Shown here: positions 8,619-17,536 of the stretch, one piece after another | Layout: each line of letters opens with the position of its first letter | Numbering within the stretch: the stretch's first letter is position 1 | Sequence record: MZ574431.2 | DNA length: 64,000 nucleotides | Direction: 5' to 3' (one strand) | Position numbers and translations under genes: made by a program | The notes under the pieces: generated by a model | Told to the model about the DNA's origin: nothing | Database searches by the model: none | The model's input: only the letters and a program-made list of their open reading frames with translations

Positions 8619-9052
8619 CCTACACCCGCAAGCAGGCCGTGATCGCGCTGGAACATCTGACCCCGCCCATGCCCGGCGTTGAACTCGATGCGGATGGCCG
8701 CAAGATCGCCAAGCCGCCGGCTGATCTTTCCTGGGGAACTAAGGCGCTTTCGAGGCGCCTGAACGTCGACGTCGCTACCGCCAAGGACATCGAAGACGAA
8801 CTGGTCGCCGACGGTCTCCTTCGCCGCACGCCAGGGTTCTACAACACGCCCAGGTTCCACCTCACCGAGTCGGGTGCGGCCTACCTGATCCTGGCCCGTC
8901 GCGGCGCCCAGACCGCCGAAGGGATCGTGGAAAGGATTCCGCGCGGTCCGATCGCGGCCGACCCCATCTCGATGCGTGGCACCCTCAACGAGATGGAGTT
9001 CCGAGGACTGGTCACCACGAGCGACGGCGCGACCTACGCCCTGGCGGCCTGA
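8615..9052 (+). CDS. putative winged-helix protein
   Basis: ALSRRLNVDVATAKDIEDELVADGLL, HTH-like. Confidence 0.55.
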   Translation: MTYTRKQAVIALEHLTPPMPGVELDADGRKIAKPPADLSWGTKALSRRLNVDVATAKDIEDELVADGLLRRTPGFYNTPRFHLTESGAAYLILARRGAQTAEGIVERIPRGPIAADPISMRGTLNEMEFRGLVTTSDGATYALAA

Positions 9053-9054
9053 TC

Positions 9055-9894
9055 ATGGCCATGCTCAACGAGATGAAGGAATTCATCGCGCGCGGGATTC
9101 GTCATCCTGCGTTCATGAACACTGAGTTAAGAGAGCGTATGACGCTGCTCTATAGGCAGCACGTGTATCAGTCCAACGCTATCGCGTTGCGTATTTTGCG
9201 AGATGAGCGTGTGTACGGCTTGAGTTTGCTTGAGGTTACGCAGGATGAGGCCAGACGCCTTATTCATGCAGAGATCGAATGGCTGCTGCCGGGTATGGTG
9301 ACGCGCATCCCGCGAGTGCTTATTGCCTACTTCGATAACGATGGCGAGCGACACGATCGCTATGTCGAGGACGCCCTGGCCGTCAAGGCGGGTCTGGAAG
9401 TCACCGCCGACTGGCATCATACCGTCCAAGCGTTCGAGGCGCAGGAACCCGACGCCCAAGTCATGGGCCGCAGCCAGGACCCCAACTGGTATCTGGTGCG
9501 CAAGCGTGATCCGTTCGGCATCCTGACGGAGATGCGCCGCAGCGGCGCGCGCAATCCGATCATGTTCAAGGATCGGCCCAGCGATCGCTATGAAGACCTG
9601 ATGGACGAGGACAGCATCGTCGGCGAGGCCTTGCTGCCGGTCGAGTACCATTTGCTGCTGGACATGCGAGCGGCGGCCTACAAGCGCCAGATGAAGACCC
9701 TGCCGCCATCACGAGGTGACATTGGCGACGGGCTCGTCAACCTTCAGCTTGCCAAGGTGAAGGCCGCGCCTGCATCGATCACCAGCCGCACGCCCTTCAT
9801 TCGTGAAGTGATCTTGCCGACCGATCTTGGCCTGCGGTTCATGGGCGTGAAGGACGCCAACCTTCGCAACGCCATCCTGACCGGATACCGCTAA
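9055..9894 (+). CDS. hypothetical protein
   Basis: Long packed ORF; AT-richer segment near 9110-9330. Confidence 0.7.
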   Translation: MAMLNEMKEFIARGIRHPAFMNTELRERMTLLYRQHVYQSNAIALRILRDERVYGLSLLEVTQDEARRLIHAEIEWLLPGMVTRIPRVLIAYFDNDGERHDRYVEDALAVKAGLEVTADWHHTVQAFEAQEPDAQVMGRSQDPNWYLVRKRDPFGILTEMRRSGARNPIMFKDRPSDRYEDLMDEDSIVGEALLPVEYHLLLDMRAAAYKRQMKTLPPSRGDIGDGLVNLQLAKVKAAPASITSRTPFIREVILPTDLGLRFMGVKDANLRNAILTGYR

Positions 9895-10139
9895 TGTTCA
9901 CGCCGTCCGATCGTCAGAAGGGTATGATCCACAATGCCCTGGGCCTGCTCTATAGCGACAAGCCCTACCGCCGGCACTTCGTAGTTGGGCGTGGTAGCCC
10001 AAACCACGACGCCTGGGCGGAACTGACCGTTCACGGGTTCGCCGAGGAAGGTGAGCACGGCGAGGATGCCCAGCAGCTTTGGTTCTTCGTGTCTGAGAAG
10101 GGCGCGGCCCTGCTCGGGCACAAGCTGCCGGTAGATTGA
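9894..10139 (+). CDS. hypothetical protein
   Basis: TAATG coupling. Confidence 0.7.
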   Translation: MFTPSDRQKGMIHNALGLLYSDKPYRRHFVVGRGSPNHDAWAELTVHGFAEEGEHGEDAQQLWFFVSEKGAALLGHKLPVD

Positions 10140-10162
10140 TTTATGAGTGTGTGAGGGGTCCT

Positions 10163-10558
10163 ATGAGCGTAAAAGACGAAAGACAGGGTTGGCCAGGACG
10201 GCGCCGGGTTTGGGTGGACTTCATGTTCGCTGGCCCGTTCAGCACCGCCTTCATCAACGAAAAGCAGAGCCATCGCGACGCGACCATCGAGTTCAAGACC
10301 ATGGTCTTGGAGAAGCTGTGTCACGCCTGCGCTGATGGTTCCAAGTGGGGCCTCTCGGATGCTGGACGAGTCCTGCGCGTTCTCTATATGCTCGGCGACA
10401 AGGAAGCCGGTCCGTGGACCCTGACCCAGATCAGGCAGTTCGCGGACATGAAGCGTCTGACCGCCGACGAGGTCGCTGCTGGCCTGGAGGTCCTGGTGGA
10501 GTTCCGCATCGTCGATCGACAACCCTCCTCTCGCACTATCAAATGGGACCTGAAATGA
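10163..10558 (+). CDS. hypothetical protein, possible C-terminal HTH
   Basis: GAGGGG SD before ATG 10163. Confidence 0.6.
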   Translation: MSVKDERQGWPGRRRVWVDFMFAGPFSTAFINEKQSHRDATIEFKTMVLEKLCHACADGSKWGLSDAGRVLRVLYMLGDKEAGPWTLTQIRQFADMKRLTADEVAAGLEVLVEFRIVDRQPSSRTIKWDLK

Positions 10559-10791
10559 CCAAGACCTACTTCGCCCGTGACGGCCAAGTCTACAAGCTGC
10601 AACTGGGCGAGGAAATCCCGATGCCGCTCGGGGGCGCCAAGCTCCGTCACGCCCAACACCTGACCGATGCCACCTTCAACGAGGCCAGCTACCCCGAGGT
10701 CGCCGAGCGCGAGCGCGCCCAAGCCGCCGAACTGGCCGCCGCCATCCGCGAGATCGAGCCGACGTTCGAAGGTGAAACGGGCGTCTGCTAG
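10555..10791 (+). CDS. hypothetical protein
   Basis: ATGA overlap; stop inside promoter motif. Confidence 0.7.
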   Translation: MTKTYFARDGQVYKLQLGEEIPMPLGGAKLRHAQHLTDATFNEASYPEVAERERAQAAELAAAIREIEPTFEGETGVC

Positions 10792-10828
10792 AAAACTGTT
10801 GACAGGCCTCCTCGTCGTCGCGTAAGCA
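10786..10828 (+). promoter_or_regulatory. conserved phage promoter with anti-SD arm
   Basis: TGCTAGAAAACTG-TTGACA-18-TAAGCA; spacer GGCCTCCTCG is complementary to CGAGGAGGCC (SD). Confidence 0.85.
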
Positions 10829-10856
10829 TGCGTGACATCAACCGAGGAGGCCCGTC

Positions 10857-11162
10857 TTGAGCGAACGCTACGAAGTCCGGTTCATCACGCCCGAAGGCGT
10901 GCCGAACCCAAAGGGTGCGAACACCTATAGCGACGCCGTGTTCGTCCGCGATTCGGCGGCCAAGATGGACCCGCCCTATGCCCTGGCCAATCCCGACATC
11001 GTGCGTTTCACCGAAACCGTGATCCCGCCGTCGGCCTATCCGCGCATGCTCGAACCGCTGACCGGCCTGGAGATCACTGAAATCCGTGCGGCCCTGCGGC
11101 GCGGCTGCGATGAGCGCACCGCCGCCCGCGCCCTGGCCCAGATGGGGATTTTCGATCGATGA
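10857..11162 (+). CDS. hypothetical protein
   Basis: GAGGAGG SD, TTG start. Confidence 0.75.
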   Translation: MSERYEVRFITPEGVPNPKGANTYSDAVFVRDSAAKMDPPYALANPDIVRFTETVIPPSAYPRMLEPLTGLEITEIRAALRRGCDERTAARALAQMGIFDR

Positions 11163-11614
11163 AGCTGAAGCGAGCCCTCAAGAGCGCCAGCGATCTGAAG
11201 CGCGGCCCCCGACTCGCCACGCCGGCCGAGCGCGCCAAGCTCGACCCGCTGGAACTGGCCAATGTCGTCGCCGCCGAGCGCCGGATGAAGGCCTACGATG
11301 ACCGGCGCGCGGCCGAACTCGGAGCCGCCAAGCGCTCGCCGTTGGACGCCTTCCGCGCCAATAAAGGCTACACCGGCGACGAGATGCCCGATAAGGGCCA
11401 GCGTGATGGATCGTGCAACCGCACCGCCTGTCAGCTTCCCCTGGCCGGCAACCGCCAGTTCTTCATGAAGGACCACTTCACCGGTGGGCGGCTGTACTAC
11501 TGCCCGGCCTGCGAGCGCAAGTTCAGTGAAGCCGATCGCCAGTTCCGCGAGGAGCGCCGCTGCCAGCCTGACGAGGACAACGAAAATCGCCCGCGCTGGG
11601 AGAGCTATCCATGA
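11159..11614 (+). CDS. Cys-rich putative Zn-binding protein
   Basis: KGQRDGSCNRTAC...YYCPAC. Confidence 0.7.
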   Translation: MKLKRALKSASDLKRGPRLATPAERAKLDPLELANVVAAERRMKAYDDRRAAELGAAKRSPLDAFRANKGYTGDEMPDKGQRDGSCNRTACQLPLAGNRQFFMKDHFTGGRLYYCPACERKFSEADRQFREERRCQPDEDNENRPRWESYP

Positions 11615-12069
11615 CCGAAGAACAACGCGTCGCCATCTTCAAAGCCTTCGCCGATCACTTGGCCCTCTATCCCACCCGGACCACGTTGGTCAGCTTCGGC
11701 GTCGTCGGTAGCGAAACCTACAGCCGAGATGAAGTGCGCCACATCCTGCGGGCGATGGAGTCCGATGGTCTGACGCGTAACGTCGAAGGCGCCTGGAAGC
11801 TGACGGCGGCCGGTGCTGTCTATCGCTACCTCTGCCAGAAGGCCGAGGGCGAGGAGTTCCGCCAGTCGGTCAGGATCAAGATTCGCAATCTGCGTTTCCT
11901 GCCGCAGTTCGACATCTATGAGGCGCGCCACATCCATGCCTCGCCGACGGAGCTACGCGCCCGCCAGTTGGTCGACGTCAACGGCCGCGAAGGCATCATG
12001 TGGCTCTCGGACGTCTACTATCCGCTCGGCGAACTGGCCGGCTGGAACCTCTCCAAGGCTCGCCCATGA
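11611..12069 (+). CDS. hypothetical protein
   Basis: ATGA overlaps. Confidence 0.7.
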   Translation: MTEEQRVAIFKAFADHLALYPTRTTLVSFGVVGSETYSRDEVRHILRAMESDGLTRNVEGAWKLTAAGAVYRYLCQKAEGEEFRQSVRIKIRNLRFLPQFDIYEARHIHASPTELRARQLVDVNGREGIMWLSDVYYPLGELAGWNLSKARP

Positions 12070-12878
12070 CCACCTTCCAGACCGTCAATCGTGAGTACAC
12101 GCCGGGGCTTCAGCAAGGCGTCGACTATGGCTCCAAGCCAATCATCATCCTGGCTCGCTCTCCCAAGGCCGCGTTGCTGTGGGTCGCCGGGAGTTCCTTC
12201 CGGTCCGGCATCGGCATGACGAGCTATTCGCCGGCCTACATGAAGGTGATCGAAGGCCGCAGCCTGAGTCCGTGGGGCCGCTATAAGACCCACGAGTTCG
12301 AGCGGCGTCAGCACGATCCTGCGGTGCGACTGTCCGGTGACCTGATCCTGGCCCGCGCCGAAAAGATCAACGAGTTCTTCGGCGCCGACGTCGCCAAGGC
12401 CCTGGCGGCCTCGGTCAAGGCCAAGAAGACCCTTCTGGTCGACGGCGGGGGCGAGCCGTTCAAGGCCGACGCCAAGACCGAACGCAAGCAGCGTGAGGCC
12501 GCCGCGCTCAAGGTCGCCCTAGCCAACAACGTCAACCGCAGGGTCGAGCCCGAGGGCGTTGCGTGCTGCCGCCAGTGCGGGATCAAGCTGCGGCCCTATC
12601 TGCAAACCCACTATCTGGAAGAGGGCCAGGAGCCGGCGACGTCCTTGGAGGAGCTTCAACGGCGTCACAACGCCGTCCAGGTCATCTCGACCAAGGCCGC
12701 CCCCTGGGCCGACCCGAGCAAGGCCCATCTGATCGGCGTCTACGAGACCTGGGATCGGGAGAGCTACCGCAATGGCGCCTACTTCTGCCATGACGACTGC
12801 GCCAAGGACTATGCCACCCGCGCCGTCGAGGCCTACGCACCCCTGCCGGTCATTCCGATGGAAGAAGACGAAGAGTGA
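12066..12878 (+). CDS. hypothetical protein with CxxC and FCxxxC
   Basis: ATGA overlap; stop inside promoter motif. Confidence 0.75.
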   Translation: MTTFQTVNREYTPGLQQGVDYGSKPIIILARSPKAALLWVAGSSFRSGIGMTSYSPAYMKVIEGRSLSPWGRYKTHEFERRQHDPAVRLSGDLILARAEKINEFFGADVAKALAASVKAKKTLLVDGGGEPFKADAKTERKQREAAALKVALANNVNRRVEPEGVACCRQCGIKLRPYLQTHYLEEGQEPATSLEELQRRHNAVQVISTKAAPWADPSKAHLIGVYETWDRESYRNGAYFCHDDCAKDYATRAVEAYAPLPVIPMEEDEE

Positions 12879-12915
12879 GAAACCGGTTGACGTGACGTTG
12901 GCCCTTGCCTAATGT
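12874..12915 (+). promoter_or_regulatory. conserved phage promoter
   Basis: AGTGAGAAACCGG-TTGACG-17-TAATGT; inverted repeat CGTGACGTT/AATGTCACG. Confidence 0.75.
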
Positions 12916-12941
12916 CACGATCGACAACACGGGAGACTTGC

Positions 12942-13313
12942 TTGACCATCAAGACCGTCATCGACGAGAACCGGAAGGCGCCTAAGCAGCTACGCCACTG
13001 GGCGCAGCGCCATGGCCTGTACCTCACCCGGTTCAAGAAGCATGGGTGGCGGGACTATCCGATCCTCAAGACGCGCAAGAGCCGCTTCACCGTCGGCTGT
13101 CGCGACCCCGAGCGCCACATTCGCGTACTGCCGCACCTGGGCCGGATGGACATCTGCGACGGTTATATGGATCGCTGGGCCAATTCCCTGGCCGCCAGCG
13201 TGCCTATGCCGCTGACCCAGGCTGAGTTCGACGGCGCCATTGGCGAACTCCTTGCCAAAGCTCGCAAGCGCGTGGCCGAGACCCATCCTGCCCCCGAGGC
13301 CGCCCATGGCTAG
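12942..13313 (+). CDS. hypothetical protein
   Basis: GGGAGA SD, TTG start. Confidence 0.7.
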   Translation: MTIKTVIDENRKAPKQLRHWAQRHGLYLTRFKKHGWRDYPILKTRKSRFTVGCRDPERHIRVLPHLGRMDICDGYMDRWANSLAASVPMPLTQAEFDGAIGELLAKARKRVAETHPAPEAAHG

Positions 13314-13677
13314 CGCAGCGGCGATCGCCGGCATCGAGGCTCACGGCCTGTCGTGGAAGTACAGGCTCCATGGCCTGCGCGCCCAGGACTTTGGCGCGCT
13401 CAAGGGCACGATCGAGTCGCCAGCCCACGCCGAGAAGGCCCAGGCTCACTGGGATCGCATCGTCGAGGCCGTTCGCCTTGCCGCCGGCCGCTACCAGGAC
13501 GATGCGACCCTGGTCGACAAGCTGATCGATTGGGCGGACGAAAACGCCACCGTCTCGATCGTCGACATCGACGTCGTCTACCAGGGCGACCCGGACGCCT
13601 GGATGGATTCGCGGTTCGAAGACCTCGAAGCCCTGTATGACATCCTCGACTATCACCGCGTGTTGGTCATCAACTGA
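13306..13677 (+). CDS. hypothetical protein
   Basis: GAGG SD; packed. Confidence 0.7.
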   Translation: MASAAAIAGIEAHGLSWKYRLHGLRAQDFGALKGTIESPAHAEKAQAHWDRIVEAVRLAAGRYQDDATLVDKLIDWADENATVSIVDIDVVYQGDPDAWMDSRFEDLEALYDILDYHRVLVIN

Positions 13678-13952
13678 TGCCCGCCCTGCTCGTCCGCGAT
13701 CAGGACTACGACGTCGTTGTCAGCCACGATACGGTGTGGGTGAACGACGCCGTGGGCATGTGCATCGGACGCTTCGGGCCGCGCGGCGTCGATGTCCACG
13801 CCAACGCCCAGGACCAGCTTGAAGGCGCCCATTGTCTGGCGTGCTGCAAGCGAACCGCCAATCCCCACGGCGACTGGGGCTTTTTCGTCAACAACATGCT
13901 GAATCACCATCGTATCCAGCTAACCGATCAGGACCGCCCGGAGCGCATCTGA
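13677..13952 (+). CDS. hypothetical protein
   Basis: TGATG coupling. Confidence 0.7.
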   Translation: MPALLVRDQDYDVVVSHDTVWVNDAVGMCIGRFGPRGVDVHANAQDQLEGAHCLACCKRTANPHGDWGFFVNNMLNHHRIQLTDQDRPERI

Positions 13953-13953
13953 C

Positions 13954-14325
13954 ATGAGCCTGCACCAGCAAATCGCCGACATCGTTGGCGCCAACGTGTC
14001 TTCCATGCAGATGCGGACGGAGTTCGAAAGCGCGGCCACCGACATCGTGGCGCTGCTCGGCCCGCACCTGGAACTCGCCCTCGTCGTCAAGGAAGTTGAG
14101 ACCGTCCTGCCCGGCTATGGCTGGCTAGTACGGGCTGATGAAAGCCAAGGCTATTTCGCCAACATCATGTCGCCAGACTATGTCTCGATCGTCGAGCAGT
14201 CCGGCGGCCGATTCGTCGACCGTTCCTTGGGCAAACGCTATCCGGCCTACGCGCCGACGCCGGCCCAGGCGCTCAAGACGGCGTTCGACGCGGTGATCGC
14301 CGCCGTCAAGGCCCAGGCCAACTGA
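13954..14325 (+). CDS. hypothetical protein
   Basis: Packed, GC3-rich. Confidence 0.7.
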   Translation: MSLHQQIADIVGANVSSMQMRTEFESAATDIVALLGPHLELALVVKEVETVLPGYGWLVRADESQGYFANIMSPDYVSIVEQSGGRFVDRSLGKRYPAYAPTPAQALKTAFDAVIAAVKAQAN

Positions 14326-14326
14326 C

Positions 14327-15520
14327 ATGCTGATCCCTGACGATCTGCGCATCCTGCGTGCGGCTTTCGAGGCCCTCAACCGCGACATCCGCTTCGTGGG
14401 CGGCTGGGTTCGCGCTTACATGCTGGGCGAGGCGCCCAAGGACATCGACCTCTGCACCGACGCCAGCATCGAGGAAATGAAGGAGATCGCCGAAGCCTGC
14501 GACGTGGTGCTTGATCTCTACCCCACGGGCGAGGAGCATGGCACCATGACCTTCCGCCTCGACAGCGGGCTCTACGAAATCACCTGCCTGCGTCAGGAAA
14601 CCGCCCACGATGGCCGGCGCGCAGACTGCGTGTTCGGGCAGGACTGGGACGCCGATTTGGCCCGGCGTGATCTGACGATCAACGCCATGGCCATGGACTT
14701 CGACGGGCGCCTCTACGATCCCCACGGCGGCGCCGTGGACCTCAAGGCCGGCCGCGTGCGCTTTGTCGGTGATCCGGTTGATCGGATGCGCGAGGACTAT
14801 CTGCGCATCTTGCGCTGGCTGCGCTTCCACGCCCGTTACTCCAAGGGACCGCTGGATTTTGACGCCCGCAACGCCGCCGAGGACCTTCGAGATGGTCTGG
14901 GGCCGATCAAGGCAGTCCGAACCAAGATCGGCTACACCGTCTCTCGCGAGCGGGTCTGGGACGAGATGAAGAAGATCATCGCCGGCCCGCGCTCGGCCTA
15001 CATCCTCTTCCAGATGGTTCGCATGCGCCTGGACGAGCCGCTGGGCTTTGATGGGATCGTCATCGGCGACCGCTACAACGCCGTCGTGCGCGAAACCGCC
15101 GATCCGATCGTGAGGCTGGTGGCGTTGTTCGAGGATACCCGCGACATCGAAGCCCTGGCGACCGATTGGAAATGGAGCCGCGAGGAGCGGAGCCGCGCGA
15201 TCTTCCTGTCCAAGTGCCTCCTGGCCGAAGATGTCGACGTTCTCAGCCTCGTCCTCATGGGCGTGTGCGACAAGGACGCCGCCGAGGACATCTGCATCCT
15301 GCGGGAGGATGCCGACCTTTTGGCCTACGTCCGCCGCTGGACGCCGCCAGAGTTTCCGGTAAAGGGTCAGGACCTCCTAGATTTAGGCATGAAGCCTGGG
15401 CCGCAGATGGGCGTTCACCTTGCCAGCCTCCGCCGCCTTTTCGCCGATCATCGCGGGGGCGTCACCAAAGAACAACTGCTCGCCACCCTGCGCCTGGAGA
15501 TAGACCTGTGCCCGTCTTGA
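14327..15520 (+). CDS. cca: class II tRNA nucleotidyltransferase (CCA-adding enzyme / poly(A) polymerase family)
   Basis: FVGGWVRAYMLG..KDIDL, EITCLR.E..DGRRA, DLARRDLTINAM, EDYLRILR motifs. Confidence 0.92.
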   Translation: MLIPDDLRILRAAFEALNRDIRFVGGWVRAYMLGEAPKDIDLCTDASIEEMKEIAEACDVVLDLYPTGEEHGTMTFRLDSGLYEITCLRQETAHDGRRADCVFGQDWDADLARRDLTINAMAMDFDGRLYDPHGGAVDLKAGRVRFVGDPVDRMREDYLRILRWLRFHARYSKGPLDFDARNAAEDLRDGLGPIKAVRTKIGYTVSRERVWDEMKKIIAGPRSAYILFQMVRMRLDEPLGFDGIVIGDRYNAVVRETADPIVRLVALFEDTRDIEALATDWKWSREERSRAIFLSKCLLAEDVDVLSLVLMGVCDKDAAEDICILREDADLLAYVRRWTPPEFPVKGQDLLDLGMKPGPQMGVHLASLRRLFADHRGGVTKEQLLATLRLEIDLCPS

Positions 15521-15834
15521 ATCCCATTCTCGAAACCGAGATCATTCGGATCATCGACAACAAATCGCCCCTTACGGACAAGCCGACCGTGATCGGAGCC
15601 GTCTCCTTCGTCGGAGGCATCCTCTCGGACCGCATCACCCATCTGATCGCCTTCCATGTCGAGGGGTGGGGTCTCAATCGCTGGGCCAACTTCACCTTCA
15701 ACATCGCCGGGCCGGACCCGCTGAACATGAGCGTGCAGAACCTCACCTACCGTGAGGACCTTCGTGTGCCGGGCACCGAGGTCTGGGACGAGGACGACCT
15801 GACCGCCCTGGCCTCCAAACTGCTCTATGTCTAG
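15508..15834 (+). CDS. hypothetical protein
   Basis: GGAG SD before GTG 15508. Confidence 0.65.
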   Translation: MPVLNPILETEIIRIIDNKSPLTDKPTVIGAVSFVGGILSDRITHLIAFHVEGWGLNRWANFTFNIAGPDPLNMSVQNLTYREDLRVPGTEVWDEDDLTALASKLLYV

Positions 15835-16060
15835 CACCGATGCGATCCACCTGCTGACCTCACCCAGTGGCGACAACATCTACCTCGCCGAGGAGGATGT
15901 CGATCCGTTCGCCACCTGGGACCCGCGCTGGAAGGTCGTTCGGTACGATCGGCTCCCCTGCGATGGTCGCATGAGGCAGTTCATTGGCTGGGCCGGTTAC
16001 CTCACCGACGCCAAGGTCCTGGCGCAGGCCAACCTGAGCAAGATGCAAGAATCCAGTTGA
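15827..16060 (+). CDS. hypothetical protein
   Basis: Stop is the TGA of TTGACA. Confidence 0.65.
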   Translation: MSSTDAIHLLTSPSGDNIYLAEEDVDPFATWDPRWKVVRYDRLPCDGRMRQFIGWAGYLTDAKVLAQANLSKMQESS

Positions 16061-16098
16061 CAAACGCCGGCGCCTTCTCCAGGGTGCCGGCGTTTTCA
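16044..16098 (+). promoter_or_regulatory. conserved promoter motif overlaid with terminator-like hairpin
   Basis: TGCAAGAATCCAG-TTGACA; 13-bp stem AAACGCCGGCGCC/GGTGCCGGCGTTT ending in a T4 run; weak -10 (CAGGGT). Confidence 0.65.
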
Positions 16099-16109
16099 AT
16101 GGAGGTTCC

Positions 16110-16370
16110 GTGAGCAATCGACGCGCCAGCTTGAACGGGGGCCAGACCAAGCCGCTGACACCCAGCGCCATCGCGGTGCTGCGTAGCCTGCGAGACTTCG
16201 GTCCGCGCCCGCGTCAGGAGATCAATCCTGGCCACAACGATCGGTTCGAGCGCGAAGACCTGACTGAGGTCTACCGGGACGTCAGCCCCTATGCGTCCCA
16301 CAAGGGCGCCTTGATCCCATTCGTGCGCATCGCCGAGGAAGGTCTGCGCACCCTGCGAGAAATCGGTTGA
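16110..16370 (+). CDS. hypothetical protein
   Basis: GGAGG SD; stop is the TGA of TTGACA. Confidence 0.7.
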   Translation: MSNRRASLNGGQTKPLTPSAIAVLRSLRDFGPRPRQEINPGHNDRFEREDLTEVYRDVSPYASHKGALIPFVRIAEEGLRTLREIG

Positions 16371-16372
16371 CA
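16354..16372 (+). promoter_or_regulatory. conserved promoter motif, -10 unclear
   Basis: TGCGAGAAATCGG-TTGACA; no TA at the 17-18 nt position. Confidence 0.5.
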
Positions 16373-16423
16373 CACCTGTCGGTATAGAGCACCTTCAGCG
16401 TCACAACTTCAACGGGGAGCCCC

Positions 16424-16855
16424 ATGCAGCCCAACGCCTCGAACGTCCGCAACGCGCTGATCCTCCTCAAGGAGGAGGACCCCAATCTGGCGCACCTGCT
16501 GGACCCGGTCATAAACGATCGCGGCTCGCTGAGCACCCTGGCCGAAATCCTCACCAAGACCTACGAGGCCGGCTACAACCGCCCGACCCTGACCAGCTAC
16601 GAAGTCACGGGCCACCGCACCGGCATCTTCCCGCTGGACATGCTGCGCCGGGGCGAGTGCTGGCCGACGACGACGGACGACGCCAACCTGATCGAAAAGC
16701 TCCTGACCCGCGAGGACGCCGTGATCGCCCGCCTGCCTAAGACGGTGACGATCCGCATCACCACCTGCGGCACCGAGTACGCCCAGATGAGCGTCATCGA
16801 CCGCTGGGCCTCGTTCGGCTGGACCGCGCGTGTTCTCCTGGAGGACGTGGCTTGA
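16424..16855 (+). CDS. hypothetical protein
   Basis: GGGGAG SD; VTG...FPLDMLR...CWP motif. Confidence 0.75.
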   Translation: MQPNASNVRNALILLKEEDPNLAHLLDPVINDRGSLSTLAEILTKTYEAGYNRPTLTSYEVTGHRTGIFPLDMLRRGECWPTTTDDANLIEKLLTREDAVIARLPKTVTIRITTCGTEYAQMSVIDRWASFGWTARVLLEDVA

Positions 16856-17124
16856 GCGCCTGGGTCAAGCAACCCATTTCCGAAGTCGGCGAGCGGCGTG
16901 AAATCCTGACCTCGATAGACCGTGAGTGGATCATTCTTCGCTGGGAAGATCGACAGGATCACGCCGGCCGGTGCGATACCGTCACGCGTCGTCCGGGTTG
17001 GACCGACGGGACCTACGATACCTCGGGGAGCATCGCCCATCATGGCTTGCTGTTGGTCTTCGAACCCACCCACTTCTACGCCCTGCCTGATGAAGGAGAA
17101 GACGATGCGCCGCAGCCTGCATAA
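16852..17124 (+). CDS. hypothetical protein
   Basis: GGAGG SD, TTGA overlap. Confidence 0.7.
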   Translation: MSAWVKQPISEVGERREILTSIDREWIILRWEDRQDHAGRCDTVTRRPGWTDGTYDTSGSIAHHGLLLVFEPTHFYALPDEGEDDAPQPA

Positions 17125-17536
17125 GACCGTCACCCTTTTTGGCCGGCAGTTCGGCCTGATCCAGGCCTACAGTAAGGCCCACGATCACTCGATCCTGCAT
17201 GGGAAGTCGACGATCGACCGTTCGGCCTGCCTCCGGGTCCTGGGCCTGGGCGTCGTCCTTCAGTCTCATCAGTCGACCAAGTCCTGGTGCGTGGCCCTGG
17301 GCCATGAATGGCTGTTCGACATCCAACTGAGCGGCACCTTCGCCGGCGCGCCCAAGCCCCCGCCCAATCCGTTCGTCAAGGACGCCCATCGCGCCTACGA
17401 GCCGCACATCGGCCTGTGCCTGATCCTTCTGGGCTCGGTCAGCAAGGCCCTGTGGGCCTGGGACGGCTTTGACGCCACCTCGGTGCTGGCGCCGGGGTCT
17501 GGTCGCGTGATGCGCTGGAGCCATCGCTTTGGCTAA
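17105..17536 (+). CDS. hypothetical protein
   Basis: AAGGAG SD before ATG 17105. Confidence 0.65.
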   Translation: MRRSLHKTVTLFGRQFGLIQAYSKAHDHSILHGKSTIDRSACLRVLGLGVVLQSHQSTKSWCVALGHEWLFDIQLSGTFAGAPKPPPNPFVKDAHRAYEPHIGLCLILLGSVSKALWAWDGFDATSVLAPGSGRVMRWSHRFG

